Source of the DNA: Sulfolobaceae archaeon
Lineage (GTDB): Archaea; Thermoproteota; Thermoprotei_A; Sulfolobales; Sulfolobaceae
Direction of reading: 5' to 3'
Length of the DNA stretch: 64,000 bases
Assembly: GCA_038893355.1 (NCBI GenBank)
Contig: JAWARQ010000001.1
Span: forward strand, 64,001-128,000
Shown: positions 34,250 through 48,022 of the stretch, piece after piece
How the letters are laid out: every line of letters starts with the position of its first letter
Position numbering within the stretch: the stretch's first letter is position 1
The notes under the pieces: model-generated
What the model was told of the DNA's origin: nothing
The model's database searches: none
The model's input: the letters and a program-made list of their open reading frames with translations, nothing else
Translations under genes and position numbers: made by a program

Positions 34250-35173
34250 ATGGGAAAAATAAGGCATTTGATCTGCTTACTAGATTATACAAGAAGTGAA
34301 ATAGAATTTCTAATTAATCTCTCATTTAGAATGAAAGAATATGTAAAGACTGGTAATATACCAAAAGCTCTAAAGGGAAAATGCATAGCTCTCATTTTCG
34401 AGAAACCAAGTACTAGAACTAGGGTAAGCATGGAGGTTGCAATTCATAAATTGGGAGGGAAGGTTATAGTCTTAAATAAAGACGAAATACAATTAGGCAG
34501 GAACGAAAGTATTGAAGATACTGCAAGAGTTTTAGGGAGATATGTTAATGGTATAGCTGCAAGAGTTCTAAATCATTCTTCTTTACTAAAGTTAGCAGAG
34601 CATAGCGGGGTTCCTGTAATAAACATGCTTAGCGATAAGTCACATCCATTACAAGCTCTTACTGATATTATGACTATAAGAGAGAAGTTCGGAAGAGATG
34701 TACCAATTGCATTCATAGGAGATGGCAGAGATAATGTACTTAATAGTCTTATGGTAATATCTGCAAAACTCGGTTTAGAGTTAAGGATAGCGTCCCCACG
34801 AGAGTTATGGCCAGAAAAAGACTTTTTAGAGATAATTCAAAGGGAAGCTGAAGAAAGTGGGGGTATAATAGAGATTTATGAAGACCCGTATGATGCTGTT
34901 AAGGGAGTCAGTGTAGTATATACTGATGTATGGGTAAGCATGGGACAAGAAAATATTGCTGCTAAAAAACGAGAATTACTAAGTAAATACAGAGTTACAA
35001 ACGATCTTATGAAATATGCTTCTAAAGATGCAGTTTTTATGCATTGTTTACCAGCGGTGAGGGGAGAAGAAGTTGAAAGTGAAGTGATTGATGGGCCTAG
35101 AAGTATAGTATGGGATCAAGCCGAGAATAGATTATATACAGCGATGGCAGTTTTATCAGCTTTATTAGGATAA
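34250..35173 (+). CDS. argF: Ornithine carbamoyltransferase
   Basis: STRTR, HPLQ, SMG, HCLP and AENR. Confidence 0.96.
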   Translation: MGKIRHLICLLDYTRSEIEFLINLSFRMKEYVKTGNIPKALKGKCIALIFEKPSTRTRVSMEVAIHKLGGKVIVLNKDEIQLGRNESIEDTARVLGRYVNGIAARVLNHSSLLKLAEHSGVPVINMLSDKSHPLQALTDIMTIREKFGRDVPIAFIGDGRDNVLNSLMVISAKLGLELRIASPRELWPEKDFLEIIQREAEESGGIIEIYEDPYDAVKGVSVVYTDVWVSMGQENIAAKKRELLSKYRVTNDLMKYASKDAVFMHCLPAVRGEEVESEVIDGPRSIVWDQAENRLYTAMAVLSALLG

Positions 35174-36388
35174 ATAATCTGTTATTTGTTTTTGATATAA
35201 AATTCTTTTTATAGATTTTAATTGATATAAGTTTATTTTTATATTAATAGAGTTTTGTATGTAAGCTATAGCATCACTGAGTTTGTCAAAGTGTATTGGA
35301 TTTGTTAAGAATGCGTTCCTCACGGTTTCTCTTATGTGCCAATTTCCAACTGGAGCATAGTAGGATGATGTAATTTCTCTAACTACTATACATCCTGCTT
35401 GTCTTGATATTCGTGAAAGGTACTCTAATACACCAACTCGAGCTGCCATAAATCCACCGTCAAAATATTCATAGTTACCTTTATAATCCTCTTCAAGCTC
35501 TGTAACTACCACTTCGTTAGACCATAGCGAGTTGGGATGCCATATTTCTATCCAGATAAAATTAATTTTAGATGGATAAAGAAGTATAAAAAAGTTATTT
35601 CCTAAATATCCAGATAAAAATAAATTTATTTTTTCTATTTCTTTAAAATTTTTAACTTTCTTATATAACATTTCACCCACAATATTATCTACTGCACTAA
35701 TTGCCCATCTCGTTGGTACGATTTTTCTATTTTTCTTAAACCCTAATAGTCCTAAAGAAAAAGCATTAATGATTGTATAATAATTTTCATTTTTTTGGTA
35801 TAATTCTTTAACAGCTTCAGTAGCTTTTACATCATCAAATATAATTTTATCAAATATTTTTGAAATTTTTGGATTATCTTCAATTTTGATATATTCAGCT
35901 AAGCTTAAAGGTCCAATGGGAGTTATTATACCATCGAATTTTAACTTTAAGTCAAGAATTTTCTCTATCTTTACTTCTGAAGTTACTGAAGATTGTGAAA
36001 TACCAGCTAACGCAATTTCGTTATTGTAAAGAGTTAATGGGTCATTAACGTTGATATTCTTTATTATTGACGATACCATATAAGATCTTAATTTAATAAT
36101 ATCCCCTAGAGATTTTCTTCCCCACCAGCCTTGCGGATTCTCATATTCTTTAGCGGAATCACCGTATATATTTGGCGGTAAGTTAAAAATTATATTTACT
36201 TTCGGGTAGCCTTTTTCTCCCACTATTATACTAGGTGGTGTAGATCCACTAATTATATCTCTATTCTTTACATTAGAAATAGCATCCATCATACTTCTAA
36301 ATCTAATTATAATTGGACAAGCAGAAAGTCCACATAAATATTTATAACCTTTACACCTTACGCATAACTTTGAAGATACTACTCTCAA
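35165..36388 (-). CDS. nreA: Nre-family DNA repair protein
   Basis: [30 protein letters not shown] and a C-terminal PIP box QKQITDYL. Confidence 0.88.
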   Translation of the reverse strand: MRVVSSKLCVRCKGYKYLCGLSACPIIIRFRSMMDAISNVKNRDIISGSTPPSIIVGEKGYPKVNIIFNLPPNIYGDSAKEYENPQGWWGRKSLGDIIKLRSYMVSSIIKNINVNDPLTLYNNEIALAGISQSSVTSEVKIEKILDLKLKFDGIITPIGPLSLAEYIKIEDNPKISKIFDKIIFDDVKATEAVKELYQKNENYYTIINAFSLGLLGFKKNRKIVPTRWAISAVDNIVGEMLYKKVKNFKEIEKINLFLSGYLGNNFFILLYPSKINFIWIEIWHPNSLWSNEVVVTELEEDYKGNYEYFDGGFMAARVGVLEYLSRISRQAGCIVVREITSSYYAPVGNWHIRETVRNAFLTNPIHFDKLSDAIAYIQNSINIKINLYQLKSIKRILYQKQITDYLS

Positions 36389-37010
36389 TTTTCCTTTGAA
36401 TATACCATTCCAAAATTTTAACTTTTGTAGTAAATCTTAGCCCATTCTTTACATTTATGATCTTACCTTTACGAATTGCTTCTAGGATCTCTTCTATTCT
36501 ATTCTCTGAAGAATCTATAATATTATATGCAGAACCTAAAGATTCTTTTATATGAGAGTCACTATTACTTAAACCGGGTAAATTAAGTTGTAATGAAACT
36601 TCGTAAGCCTTTTTATTTGCGGAATTAGGAGCTTTAGGATTATATACTTCAATAGCGCTAAATTTATAAGAATAGATAAAATTTCCGATTCCTTTTCTGA
36701 AGATATCAAAAGGATGAGAAGGGAAAATAATACAATTATTTTCCTTTGCATAGTCAATTAGAAATTCAACTTTAGTAGAATTTGGCTGTGGCGGAAATTC
36801 GCATAATAATATAATATGCCCGTGGTTAGAAGTAACTTCAATGCCTGGAATTGCCTCATTTTTCTCTAAACTTTTAAAAGCTCTAGTAGTATCATGATCT
36901 GTTATTGCTATTATATCTACTCCTACTTTTTTAGCGTATTCTATCATTAGCCTTGGTGATTCCTTCCCATCACTATATATAGTATGAGTATGAAAGTCAG
37001 CTGAAATCAT
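36351..37010 (-). CDS. PHP-domain phosphoesterase
   Basis: DFHTHT.YSDG, ITDHD, HP and SDSH. Confidence 0.88.
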   Translation of the reverse strand: MISADFHTHTIYSDGKESPRLMIEYAKKVGVDIIAITDHDTTRAFKSLEKNEAIPGIEVTSNHGHIILLCEFPPQPNSTKVEFLIDYAKENNCIIFPSHPFDIFRKGIGNFIYSYKFSAIEVYNPKAPNSANKKAYEVSLQLNLPGLSNSDSHIKESLGSAYNIIDSSENRIEEILEAIRKGKIINVKNGLRFTTKVKILEWYIQRKIESSIFKVMRKV

Positions 37011-37012
37011 AA

Positions 37013-38065
37013 TTAAATATACCCTAAACTTTTCATAACTTCAGCAGTTAGTATAGTTATTCCTGCAGCACCTCTAACTAAATTATCTCCCAATACTATA
37101 AACCTTATTACATCATTCTGAACCTTTATTCTACCAACACTTATTGCCATTCCATTCTCTAAGGATAAATCTCTAGCTGGTTGCGGTCTATCCTCCTCCT
37201 CCATTACGATTATTGGCCTTTTTGGTGCTGTAGGTAATTCTTTCTCTTGTGGTAGGGATTTAAATGTACTTAACCTTCTTTTTATTTCTTCTATACTCAC
37301 ATCTTCACTAATACCACTTAGCTGGATTACAGCCATATGACCAACTCTAATTGGTACTCTTGTTGCTGTAACAAAAGATTTAATGTCTTCATAAATTAAA
37401 GTATTATTATTAATTTTTCCTAACATCTTATTTATTTCTTTTGAAATTTTTTCCTCTTCTCCTTTAATATAAGGAATTACGTTATCATATATACTCATAA
37501 ATGAGAGTCCATTATATCCTGCACCACTTACGGATTGTAAGGTTGTTATATAAATTCTATCAAATTTCAGGAAATTATGTAATGGTTTCAAAGATAAGGA
37601 GATTATTGCTGCAGTACAATTAGGATTTTTTATCAGTAAACCCTTCCAGTTTTTTGAATCCCTTTGGATCTTTAATAATTCTAAGTGCTGCCAATTAACT
37701 TCAGGATTTATTAGTGGTACCTTATCATCCATTCTATACGGGCTTGCATTTGAGATTACTATTTTACCTTCTTTAACTAGGCTAATTTCAACATTCTCCG
37801 CTATGTCATTAGGTAGGGCTGATAGTATTAGATCTGAATCTTTATGTTCAGCTGGTTCTGTTGTAACCATCCTTAGATCCCTAACTTCTTCAGGTACTTC
37901 TCCACTCTCTACCCACTTAACAGCTTCAATATATTTCATGCCTTTTTTCTGAGGTGATGCACTTAACTTATTTATTTCAAAGTAAGGATGTTTTGCTAGG
38001 ATTTTTACCATTTTCTGGCCTACTATACCCGTAGCTCCTAGTAGAGAAACTTTTATCTTATCCAT
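37013..38065 (-). CDS. asd: Aspartate-semialdehyde dehydrogenase
   Basis: GATGIVG, NPNCT, QSVSGAG and NLVRGAAG. Confidence 0.95.
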   Translation of the reverse strand: MDKIKVSLLGATGIVGQKMVKILAKHPYFEINKLSASPQKKGMKYIEAVKWVESGEVPEEVRDLRMVTTEPAEHKDSDLILSALPNDIAENVEISLVKEGKIVISNASPYRMDDKVPLINPEVNWQHLELLKIQRDSKNWKGLLIKNPNCTAAIISLSLKPLHNFLKFDRIYITTLQSVSGAGYNGLSFMSIYDNVIPYIKGEEEKISKEINKMLGKINNNTLIYEDIKSFVTATRVPIRVGHMAVIQLSGISEDVSIEEIKRRLSTFKSLPQEKELPTAPKRPIIVMEEEDRPQPARDLSLENGMAISVGRIKVQNDVIRFIVLGDNLVRGAAGITILTAEVMKSLGYI

Positions 38066-39379
38066 TTTAATACCACCTCATGTAATTCATTAGCTAGTTT
38101 ATCTCCTTCTTCTTTATTAGTAATAAATGTTATGCTAGTATTTTTAAGGCCTCTTGATAGAAATTGTATTTCGTATTGTGATATAACTTTCATAACTTCT
38201 TTATTAACTTCATTAAACTTTAATCCGCACCCAACGACGCTTACAGCTTCTACATCCGTTAGAGTTATATCTTTAATTAATACTGATTGTAAATTCTGAA
38301 GACTCTTTACAAGTAATTCTGCATCGGATTTCTTTACAACAACTTGTATGCTAGTTTCAGAGGCAGGCTGGGATATTGCTATGATATTAACTCCTGCATT
38401 TTTCGCTTCTGAGAATATTGTAGCAGCAGAACCTACTCTACCAACCATTTTCATACTTTCTATATTTATCATTACCAAATCTTCCAACTTTGCAATTCCT
38501 TTCAATGTATCCTCCTTACTACATTCTCCTTCTACTACAGTAAAACCAGGCTCATATAATCCCTCTATTATTACTTTCATATTTACTCCAAATAACGGTT
38601 CAAAAGTTCTGGGGTGCAATTTTTTTGCACCTAATTGGGAAAGTTCTATTGCCTCTTCTAAAGAAAGTCTAGGAATTGTTCTTGCATTTTTAAACTTTTT
38701 AGGATCAGCTGTCATTATTCCAGGAACTTCTGTAATTAACCTAACTTCTTTAGATCCTATTAATTTGCCTAATAATGTAGCTGTATAATCACTCCCACCA
38801 CGTCCTAGCGTTGTAAATTTACTATGTATACTTTTACCGATGAATCCTGGTAAAACTACTATTTTATTTTTAAGATTTTTAATATTTTCTAAATTCTTTA
38901 GTGTAAGATTTTCAATTACATTAGCTTCACCATAGTTTTCATCAGTTATGAATGGAGGGTCAATTTTACCTTCTACATCAAATCCATAATTCTTTAATAT
39001 TGCAGAAAGAAGAACTACTGACATTCTTTCCCCAAATGATAGTATGTAATCTTTTACTCGTGTCGTAATCTCATCTATTACCCTTACTGACCACATAACT
39101 TTGTACAGCTCATCTACTAATTTTGACAATTCTCTAAAACTAGATTCAAAAATTTTCCCGTTAGTAAATTTTGAAAGTATTTTAACATGTCTATCATAAA
39201 TTTCGGTTATAATATCCATTGCTCTTTCTGGTTCATATATTGCAGAAAGTAAGTTATTAGTGACATCTTTTATTGCAGATACAACAATATATATCTTATT
39301 ATATTTTTTATAATATTCGTCTATTTTATTAATAATTAATTCGTAATCTTTTATATCTTTTTGAATCGAACCTCCGATT

Positions 39380-39393
<14 letters not shown>
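38053..39393 (-). CDS. lysC: Aspartate kinase
   Basis: [18 protein letters not shown] and ACT domains. Confidence 0.94.
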
Positions 39394-40567
<1,174 letters not shown>

Positions 40568-40581
40568 TTTGCCTTCTTTTC

Positions 40582-40606
40582 TTAGTATGTTTCCAACCTA
40601 TTCACC
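40582..40606 (-). promoter_or_regulatory. Candidate thr leader: SD plus uORF TTG GAA ACA TAC TAA (M-E-T-Y)
   Basis: GGTGA (40606-40602) lies 5 nt before TTG (40596), with TATA TTTATAAC at 40640-40633. Confidence 0.5.
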
Positions 40607-40710
40607 AGGCTACTACACATTCTTAGCATTAGGTTATAAATCTTTCTAGATGCATATAAATTACAGATATAATATATAAAATAATTATAAAGTTAGCTAA
40701 TGAATGTAAA

Positions 40711-40995
40711 TCATACTTCTATATCTTCTCTGAGAGTCTGCTCACCTTTAGTAAATATTATACTAATTCTTTTTAACGTTGGTATTAATAAGGGTATTTC
40801 TATCTTAGAATCTGGTTTTAATTCTAAATCCATATTTTGTTCATCAGTGACTGTTCTTAGACCTAGCCTTTCATCAATTGTAGTTACAGTAGTTTCATAA
40901 ACTAAGTATAGCTTTTTAACTCTTAAAGCTAAGCCAGAAGTATTAAGAATTAAAGCCTTATCGCCCGTAATCTTCACTGCAAAGTTTCTTTTCAT
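40711..40995 (-). CDS. Conserved hypothetical protein divergent from the cdvB paralogue
   Basis: ATG at 40995 (MKRNFAV...), beta-rich ORF. Confidence 0.65.
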   Translation of the reverse strand: MKRNFAVKITGDKALILNTSGLALRVKKLYLVYETTVTTIDERLGLRTVTDEQNMDLELKPDSKIEIPLLIPTLKRISIIFTKGEQTLREDIEV

Positions 40996-41073
40996 ACGAG
41001 ATATTTTATTAACAGTATTATAAGCTTTCAACCTTTATAGCTGATTCAAAGAAGCTAGGGAAATGGAAAGGAG

Positions 41074-41730
41074 ATGGGAAACAAGGTTGAAGAATTTATA
41101 AGGAACTGGAATGGGAAACAAGAACCTAGTATTACAGAGAGAATAAAAAGTGTATTTACCTCACAGAAGCCACTTAGATATCGTCTCATAACTGCACACT
41201 ATAAGCTTAAAACAACTATAAATAGATTAGAAAGTTACATTTCAAGATTACAAGAAAGAGATAGAACACTGTTTGAAAGAGTTGTAGAGGCACATATGAA
41301 TAAAGATACAATGAGGGCTGCGATGTATGCTAATGAAATCGCTGAGATCAGAAAGATTACAAAACAATTATTAGTTACTCAGATAGCATTAGAGCAAGTT
41401 GAGCTCCGACTTGAAACGGTAACTGAATTAGGTGATGTATTTACTAGTCTAATTCCAGTAATAGGCGTTATCAGAGAACTTAAGGCAGCAATAAGAGGTG
41501 TTATGCCAGAGCTAAGCTTTGAACTTGCTGAATTAGAGGAAGGATTACAAGAAGTTGTGTTAGAAGCTGGAGAATTCACTGGAAGTAGAATAGATTTTAG
41601 TGCAACAAGTCCAGAGGCTAGAAAGATATTAGAAGAAGCAGCAGTAATAGCAGAGCAAAGAATGAAGGAAAGATTTCCAGAACTACCGAGCATGGTTACT
41701 ACGAAACAAAATCTTTCAGCTCAAAAATAA
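41074..41730 (+). CDS. ESCRT-III/CdvB paralogue (CdvB2-like, Snf7 family)
   Basis: [24 protein letters not shown] and [14 protein letters not shown], adjacent to ppsA. Confidence 0.9.
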   Translation: MGNKVEEFIRNWNGKQEPSITERIKSVFTSQKPLRYRLITAHYKLKTTINRLESYISRLQERDRTLFERVVEAHMNKDTMRAAMYANEIAEIRKITKQLLVTQIALEQVELRLETVTELGDVFTSLIPVIGVIRELKAAIRGVMPELSFELAELEEGLQEVVLEAGEFTGSRIDFSATSPEARKILEEAAVIAEQRMKERFPELPSMVTTKQNLSAQK

Positions 41731-41812
41731 TGATTTTTTAAACTCTCTAGAAGTATTAAAACTTCACTATATTTTTTAAAGGAGTATTTTTAAAATAACA
41801 TGAGTCAATTTG

Positions 41813-44197
41813 ATGGGTCAAACTATAAAGAAGAGTTTTGTAGTGGATATTTCTGCTGTAAATAAAAGTATGATTGAGGAAGTAGGGGGAAAGGGTGCTA
41901 ATCTTGGTGAGTTAGTGTCAATTGGCATAAGAGTCCCTCCAGGGTTTATTATTACATCTGATGCATTTAAATATTTTTTAGAATATAATAATTTAATAGA
42001 AAGAATATCTAAATTGCTTAATGAGGTAAAAGATTTTGAAGAAATCAGCAATGAAATAAAGAAATTAATTATTAATTCTAAAATACCACCGGATTTAGAA
42101 GAACAAATTCTTAAAAAATATGAGGAACTAGAAAAAATTGTTGGTAAGAATGTTCTCGTAGCTGTTAGATCTTCTGCAACTGCAGAAGATATTCAAGAAG
42201 CAAGTTTTGCTGGCCAGCAAGATACTTATCTTAATGTGGATAAAAAAGATTTGCTTGAATCGATAAAGAAAGTATGGGCTAGTCTTTATAACGCTAGGGC
42301 GTTGGCATATAGGGCAGCTAAAGGCATTGAACATACGAAAGTTCTAATGGCTGTTATAGTGCAGAAAATGGTTAATGCTCGATCTGCTGGGGTTCTATTT
42401 ACTTTACATCCAGCTAATGGTGATAGAAATGTAATAGTTATAGAATCCAGTTGGGGTTTAGGGGAGGCAGTAGTAAGTGGTAAGGTTACTCCTGATGAAA
42501 TAGTAGTAGATAAAAAATCCTTAAAAATTTTAGAAAAAAAGATATCTAATAAAAAACTTAAAATAATATATGATAAAAATGAAAAGAAAAATAAAATAAT
42601 AGAAACTACTCAAGACGAAGCTGAGAGGGCTAGTATTAGTGATGAGGAGGCAATTGAATTAGCAAAGTATGGTATACGTATTGAAGGGCATTATAAGGTT
42701 CCGATGGATATAGAATGGGCTATAGATCAAGATCTTCCGTATCCCGATAATATCTTTATAGTACAAGCCCGACCTGAAACTTTCTGGTCGTCTAAGAGTA
42801 AAGAAGAAAAAAAAGAAACTAAAATACCAGTTGAGAGAAAAGTCTTAGCTAGGGGTCTACCAGCTAGCCCTGGAATAGCATTTGGTAAGGCTAAAGTTCT
42901 TCTTGATGTAAGGGATGCTAAAGATTTCAATAAAGGAGATATTCTAATTACAAAGATGACAGACCCTGATTGGGTACCAATAATGAAGATTGCTTCTGCT
43001 ATTGTTACTGATGAAGGTGGTATGACCAGTCATGCTGCAATAGTATCTAGAGAGTTAGGAATACCTGCAGTAGTAGGTACAGGTAATGCGACTCAAGTAA
43101 TTTCTAATGGTCAAGAGATAACAGTAGATGCTTTTAGGGGGTTAGTTTACGAAGGGAGAGCGGATATATTTACAGAGATTAAGGAAGAAGCAAGAGCTCA
43201 AACCGCATCTGCCTTTGTCTCTGGCCTTAGTAGAGATGTAATACTTAATATCTTTCCAGTGACAGCTACGAAAATTTATATGAATTTGGGTCAGCCGGAT
43301 ATAATTAACAAATATTTAGACTTACCATTTGATGGCATAGGGTTAATGAGAATAGAGTTTATCGTGAGTGAATGGATAAGATATCATCCATTATATCTTA
43401 TAAAAATAGGTAAGCCAAATGAATTTGTAGATAAGCTTGCAGAGGGTATTTCAATTGTAGCTTCTGCAATATATCCTAGACCAGTTGTAGTAAGATTTTC
43501 TGATTTTAAGTCTAATGAGTATAAGAGGCTAGAGGGCGGAGAAGAATTTGAACCGGATGAACGAAATCCAATGATCGGATGGAGGGGTGTATCAAGATAT
43601 ATTAATCCTAAGTATGAACCCGCATTTAGATTAGAAGTTAGAGCAATAAGGAAAGTTAGAGAAGAAATGGGTTTAAGAAACGTTTGGGTGATGTTACCAT
43701 TTGTTAGAACTACATGGGAAGTTCAAAGGGTTATAAAAATAATGGAAGAGGAAGGTTTAAAGAAAACTTCAGATTTTAAAGTTTGGATTATGGCAGAGGT
43801 ACCGTCTGTGGTCTTACTAGCAGAAGAATTTGCTAAGTTAGTAGATGGATTTAGTATAGGGAGTAACGATCTTGCACAATTAACTTTAGGAGTTGATAGA
43901 GATTCTGAATTATTAGCTAATATGGGGTATTATGATGAAAGAGATCCTGCAGTTCTTAAGTCCATGAGAATACTCATTAAAGCAGCACATAAGCATAATG
44001 CGACAGTCTCCATATGCGGTCAAGCCCCTAGTGTTTATCCTGAAATCGTTGAGTTTTTAGTTAGAGAAGGTATAGATAGTATAAGTGTGAATCCAGATGC
44101 TGTAATTCAGACAAGGAGGTTAGTAGCATCAATAGAACGTAAATTAATATTGGAGGGCATTAAAGGCAATAAGAATAAAATAAAAGGAAAATTATAA
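41813..44197 (+). CDS. ppsA: Phosphoenolpyruvate synthase
   Basis: [33 protein letters not shown] and ICGQAPS. Confidence 0.96.
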   Translation: MGQTIKKSFVVDISAVNKSMIEEVGGKGANLGELVSIGIRVPPGFIITSDAFKYFLEYNNLIERISKLLNEVKDFEEISNEIKKLIINSKIPPDLEEQILKKYEELEKIVGKNVLVAVRSSATAEDIQEASFAGQQDTYLNVDKKDLLESIKKVWASLYNARALAYRAAKGIEHTKVLMAVIVQKMVNARSAGVLFTLHPANGDRNVIVIESSWGLGEAVVSGKVTPDEIVVDKKSLKILEKKISNKKLKIIYDKNEKKNKIIETTQDEAERASISDEEAIELAKYGIRIEGHYKVPMDIEWAIDQDLPYPDNIFIVQARPETFWSSKSKEEKKETKIPVERKVLARGLPASPGIAFGKAKVLLDVRDAKDFNKGDILITKMTDPDWVPIMKIASAIVTDEGGMTSHAAIVSRELGIPAVVGTGNATQVISNGQEITVDAFRGLVYEGRADIFTEIKEEARAQTASAFVSGLSRDVILNIFPVTATKIYMNLGQPDIINKYLDLPFDGIGLMRIEFIVSEWIRYHPLYLIKIGKPNEFVDKLAEGISIVASAIYPRPVVVRFSDFKSNEYKRLEGGEEFEPDERNPMIGWRGVSRYINPKYEPAFRLEVRAIRKVREEMGLRNVWVMLPFVRTTWEVQRVIKIMEEEGLKKTSDFKVWIMAEVPSVVLLAEEFAKLVDGFSIGSNDLAQLTLGVDRDSELLANMGYYDERDPAVLKSMRILIKAAHKHNATVSICGQAPSVYPEIVEFLVREGIDSISVNPDAVIQTRRLVASIERKLILEGIKGNKNKIKGKL

Positions 44198-44494
44198 CAG
44201 ATTATTATTATGTAAATTATAGCAAATTATACAAATTCTTTTAGATCCTAAACTTATTGATGTACAATCGTTGCAAATTATTCTTCCGCAAATATTGCAT
44301 ATACCAATACTAAGTTTTCTTCCGCAAATTTTACATAATGTCTCTATACAAATTTCACAAATTCCTCTATCATTGGAAATATGTTTTTCACAAACTCTTC
44401 TATTACAGATTTTACAAGAATATTGGGAATAATTTGTATTACAAATTTCACATCTCAATGAACTTTTTAAGGAGTAAATAAGCATCTTCATCAC
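44192..44494 (-). CDS. Cys-rich multi-Zn-finger protein
   Basis: Seven CxxC plus one CxxH. The start is uncertain because of overlap with ino1. Confidence 0.7.
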   Translation of the reverse strand: MMKMLIYSLKSSLRCEICNTNYSQYSCKICNRRVCEKHISNDRGICEICIETLCKICGRKLSIGICNICGRIICNDCTSISLGSKRICIICYNLHNNNLL

Positions 44495-45533
44495 TTTTTG
44501 TATTTAATGGCGGGTGTTTAAAGTAAAATGCAGAAATCTCAGGGATTACACCGCCTATACCTCTATCAAGTGCTATCTTCACTGCACGTATAACATCAAC
44601 GAGTACAGCTGCACAGTTAGCTTTATCATCAACTTCAAGTATTGCCTCAACTTTTACTGGCATTCCTGCAAAACCAATTCCTTTCACATATATGAAGGCT
44701 ACTTTCGTGTTACCTAAAAAAGGAACATAATCGCTAGGTCCTATTCTTATTCTTCCTTCATTTTCTATTTCCCAACTATTTTCTAAGGTAGTGGTTACAG
44801 CTCTTGTCTTGCTTACTCTTTTGGAATGTAGTCTACTTTCTGTCTTCATGTTTAAGAAATCCGTATTACCGCCAATATTTAATTGATAAGTTTCTTCAAC
44901 TTTAACTCCTCTTAATCTAAATAGCGAGGTAAGGGTCCTATGTAGTATTGTAGCTCCAAGTTGACTTTTTATGTCATCACCTACTAAAGGTAAATTTCTC
45001 TCTTTAAATAACTTTGGATATTTACCCGCAGGGTCACTAGCTATAAAGACTGGAATTGCGTTTATGAAAGCAGTTCTCGCTTCCAGAGAAGCTTCGGCAT
45101 ATGCTCTGCTTGCCTTTTCACTTCCTACAGGAAGTAAATTAATTAAGATTTCTGCGCGAGAAGACTTAAGTTCATCAATTACTTCCTCTATAGTACCGTT
45201 TTCGATTGGATTAAAAATATCTCTCATGTGTTCTGCTACACCATCAAGAACTGGTCCCTTTTTTACTATTACACCTTTTTTCTCTATATCAACAATTTTT
45301 GGCACAATATTCGGCTTTTCAAAAATTGCCTCTGTTATATCTTTTCCTACTTTATTCCTAGAAACATCGAATGCCGAAACTATTTCTATGTCACTTATTT
45401 TATACCCTTTCATATTTGGAGTTATTAATCCTTCACAATAATCATCACCTTTTTGTTTATAGTATTCTATGCCTTGAATTAACATTGAAGCGCAATTACC
45501 AATTCCTGCTATTGCGACCCTTATTCTTCCCAT
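44448..45533 (-). CDS. ino1: myo-Inositol-1-phosphate synthase
   Basis: [23 protein letters not shown] and GGNTDFLNM. Confidence 0.94.
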   Translation of the reverse strand: MGRIRVAIAGIGNCASMLIQGIEYYKQKGDDYCEGLITPNMKGYKISDIEIVSAFDVSRNKVGKDITEAIFEKPNIVPKIVDIEKKGVIVKKGPVLDGVAEHMRDIFNPIENGTIEEVIDELKSSRAEILINLLPVGSEKASRAYAEASLEARTAFINAIPVFIASDPAGKYPKLFKERNLPLVGDDIKSQLGATILHRTLTSLFRLRGVKVEETYQLNIGGNTDFLNMKTESRLHSKRVSKTRAVTTTLENSWEIENEGRIRIGPSDYVPFLGNTKVAFIYVKGIGFAGMPVKVEAILEVDDKANCAAVLVDVIRAVKIALDRGIGGVIPEISAFYFKHPPLNTKSDEDAYLLLKKFIEM

Positions 45534-45571
45534 AACATTTATAAACAATATCTTCTATTTAAAAACACTTG

Positions 45572-45628
45572 TAAGTGATGAAAAGGAGAAATCTGAATAT
45601 AAATGTAGAAGTGGAGCGACTCTGAAAG
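45572..45628 (+). ncRNA. Candidate C/D-box guide sRNA
   Basis: C box GTGATGA (45575-81), D' CTGA (45593-96), C' ATGTAGA (45603-09) and D CTGA (45622-25). The guides are 11 and 12 nt, and a TTATAAA lies about 30 nt upstream. Confidence 0.75.
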
Positions 45629-45639
45629 AGGTGAAGTAT

Positions 45640-45912
45640 ATGCTGAAGAGATTACATGTAAAGGTTTATGGTGTTGTTCAAGGAGTAGGATTTAGGAGAT
45701 TTGTCCAAATTCATGCGAGAAGATTAGGATTAAAGGGTTATGCAATGAATCTTCCAGACGGTACTGTAGAGGTTGTTGCAGAGGGTTATGAGGAAGCTTT
45801 AAAGAAACTACTAGAATATTTAAAGATTGGTCCTCCTTTAGCTAAGGTTGAAAAGGTAGAATACAGATTTGAGGAATATAAAGGAGAATTTATAACTTTT
45901 GAAACTTATTAA
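45640..45912 (+). CDS. acyP: Acylphosphatase
   Basis: VQGVGFR and [13 protein letters not shown], with GAGGTGA SD before the ATG at 45640. Confidence 0.95.
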   Translation: MLKRLHVKVYGVVQGVGFRRFVQIHARRLGLKGYAMNLPDGTVEVVAEGYEEALKKLLEYLKIGPPLAKVEKVEYRFEEYKGEFITFETY

Positions 45913-45997
45913 TTTCTAATAATTAAAAATATTTTTATAGTTTAATAAATAGCTACAAATCAAGAATCTTTATAAGCTAGAACTCTCATTTATCACA

Positions 45998-46023
45998 AGG
46001 TGCTTTTGATGCACCAATGGTAA
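45998..46023 (+). promoter_or_regulatory. Candidate trp leader: SD plus uORF ATG CAC CAA TGG TAA (M-H-Q-W) and an SD-masking hairpin
   Basis: AGGTG (45998-46002), ATG (46009), GGTGC/GCACC stem (45999-46015) and TATA TTTATAAG (45969-45976). Confidence 0.55.
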
Positions 46024-47297
46024 TGAGTGAAGATATAATTCCTAAATACTGGTACAATATTATACCAGATTTACCTAAACCATTACCACCGCCTCGAGAT
46101 CCACCAAATGCGGAGTTTTCAAGAATTGAGTTATTAAGGCAAATAATTCCTTCAGAAATTCTAAGACAACAATTTACTGTTGATAGATATATAAAAATTC
46201 CTTCAGAGGTAATTGAAAGATATCTAGATATTGGAAGACCAACTCCTTTATTTCGTGCAAAGAGATTAGAAGAGTATCTAGGGACTCCTGCGAAAATTTA
46301 TTTTAAGTATGAGGGTGCAACACCTACTGGTTCTCATAAAATTAACACTGCAATACCACAAGCTTATTATTCAATGAAGGATGGTGTAGAAGGTGTGGTA
46401 ACAGAGACAGGAGCTGGACAATGGGGTACTGCTGTGGCATTGGCAGCAAGTATGTATAATTTATCTTCTACAATATTCATGGTAAGAATAAGTTATCTTC
46501 ACAAACCTATGCGAAGAACTATAATGGAAATGTATGGCGCAAAAGTCTATCCTAGTCCTAGCGAAATTACAGAGGTCGGTAAGAGTTATCTTAAGATTAA
46601 TAAAGAACACCCTGGATCACTAGGGCTAGCTATTAGTGAAGCGATCGAATATTCATTAAAAAACAATTATAAGTATTTAATTGGCAGCGTTTTTGATGTA
46701 GTAATTCTTCATCAGAGTATAATAGGTCAAGAAACCATTAGGCAATTAGAACTCATAGGTGAAGAGCCTGATGTCTTAATAGGTTGTGTTGGCGGAGGAA
46801 GTAATTTTGGAGGATTTGTTTTTCCATTTATAGGTAATAAAAAAGGTAAAAGGTATATTGCAGTAACTTCTGCAGAAGTTCCGAAATTTAGTAAGGGTAA
46901 TTATATTTATGACTTTCCGGATTCTGCAGGTTATTTGCCAATGATAAAGATGCTATCATTAGGTAAAGACTATGTTCCACCATCAATATATTCTGGTGGT
47001 TTAAGATATCATGGTGTTGCGCCTTCTTTAAGCCTTCTAATAAAGGAAGGAATAATAGAATGGCGTGAATACTCAGAAAGAGAGATATATGAGGCTGCTA
47101 AAATATTCATGCAAACGCAAGGAATAGTTCCGGCACCAGAATCAGCACATGCAGTGAAAGCCGTTATTGACGAAGCTTTAAACGCAAGAAAAACCGGAGA
47201 GAGGATGACTATTGTATTTAATTTAAGTGGACATGGTCTTCTTGACTTAAGTAATTATCAAGAGATGAGGAAGAGATGGGAGATAATAAGCTCTTAG
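46017..47297 (+). CDS. trpB: Tryptophan synthase beta chain (TrpB2 type)
   Basis: [29 protein letters not shown] and LSGHG. Confidence 0.95.
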   Translation: MVMSEDIIPKYWYNIIPDLPKPLPPPRDPPNAEFSRIELLRQIIPSEILRQQFTVDRYIKIPSEVIERYLDIGRPTPLFRAKRLEEYLGTPAKIYFKYEGATPTGSHKINTAIPQAYYSMKDGVEGVVTETGAGQWGTAVALAASMYNLSSTIFMVRISYLHKPMRRTIMEMYGAKVYPSPSEITEVGKSYLKINKEHPGSLGLAISEAIEYSLKNNYKYLIGSVFDVVILHQSIIGQETIRQLELIGEEPDVLIGCVGGGSNFGGFVFPFIGNKKGKRYIAVTSAEVPKFSKGNYIYDFPDSAGYLPMIKMLSLGKDYVPPSIYSGGLRYHGVAPSLSLLIKEGIIEWREYSEREIYEAAKIFMQTQGIVPAPESAHAVKAVIDEALNARKTGERMTIVFNLSGHGLLDLSNYQEMRKRWEIISS

Positions 47298-48022
47298 TAG
47301 TGTATAATACAGTAGGTTTTCCTGATATAGAGAATTACAATAAGGCAATGAAGATAGTTCAGGAAGAAGGTGCTGACATTGTAGAGTTAGGAATTCCACC
47401 GTTATATGCTAAGTATGATGGCCCAATTATAAGAGCTAGTTACCAAGTTGTGAGGAGTAAGTATAAGAGTGAGGAGTTATGGAAAATAATATATAATACT
47501 CGAAAAGATTTAGGAATTCCAGTGGTTTTGTTAACTTATCTTGAAGAATGGATATATAAGATTAATGAACTTTTAGATAATCTGCATAAATACGAAATTG
47601 ATGCAATATTACTTCCAGATCTTTTAATTGACTTCATTGATGAATATGAAAAATATATAAATTTATTAAAAGATAATAAAATAAAAACAGTATTATTTGT
47701 AACACCTACTATTCCAGACCATATAATTTCAAAGGTTCAAGGCCTTTCTGATTTATTCCTATATTATGGAATAAGACCAACTACTGGTGTTGAAATTCCA
47801 ATAGACATATTTACTCTTTTAAGGAGAATTAAGGGTTTCATTAAAAATAAACTTGTTGTTGGATTTGGATTAAAAAGTGAAGATGAAATTAGAAATGCAG
47901 TAGTGGCTGGTGCTGATGGAGTTGCCATAGGTTCTCTAATTATAGAATATATTAAAAATTACAATTTTAATGTTTTAAAGGAAAAAATTAAAAAAATTAG
48001 GTTGATTTTAAATGAGCTATAA
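47276..48022 (+). CDS. trpA: Tryptophan synthase alpha chain
   Basis: ELGIPP..KYDGP.I, VGFG and ADGVAIGS. Confidence 0.92.
   Translation: MGDNKLLVVYNTVGFPDIENYNKAMKIVQEEGADIVELGIPPLYAKYDGPIIRASYQVVRSKYKSEELWKIIYNTRKDLGIPVVLLTYLEEWIYKINELLDNLHKYEIDAILLPDLLIDFIDEYEKYINLLKDNKIKTVLFVTPTIPDHIISKVQGLSDLFLYYGIRPTTGVEIPIDIFTLLRRIKGFIKNKLVVGFGLKSEDEIRNAVVAGADGVAIGSLIIEYIKNYNFNVLKEKIKKIRLILNEL

Noticed and set aside
41014-41020. AGTATTA (aCcr1-box-like) upstream of the cdvB paralogue, also at 32520 near whiP
   Set aside because: This 7-mer occurs many times in the window, so it is not significant without conservation data.
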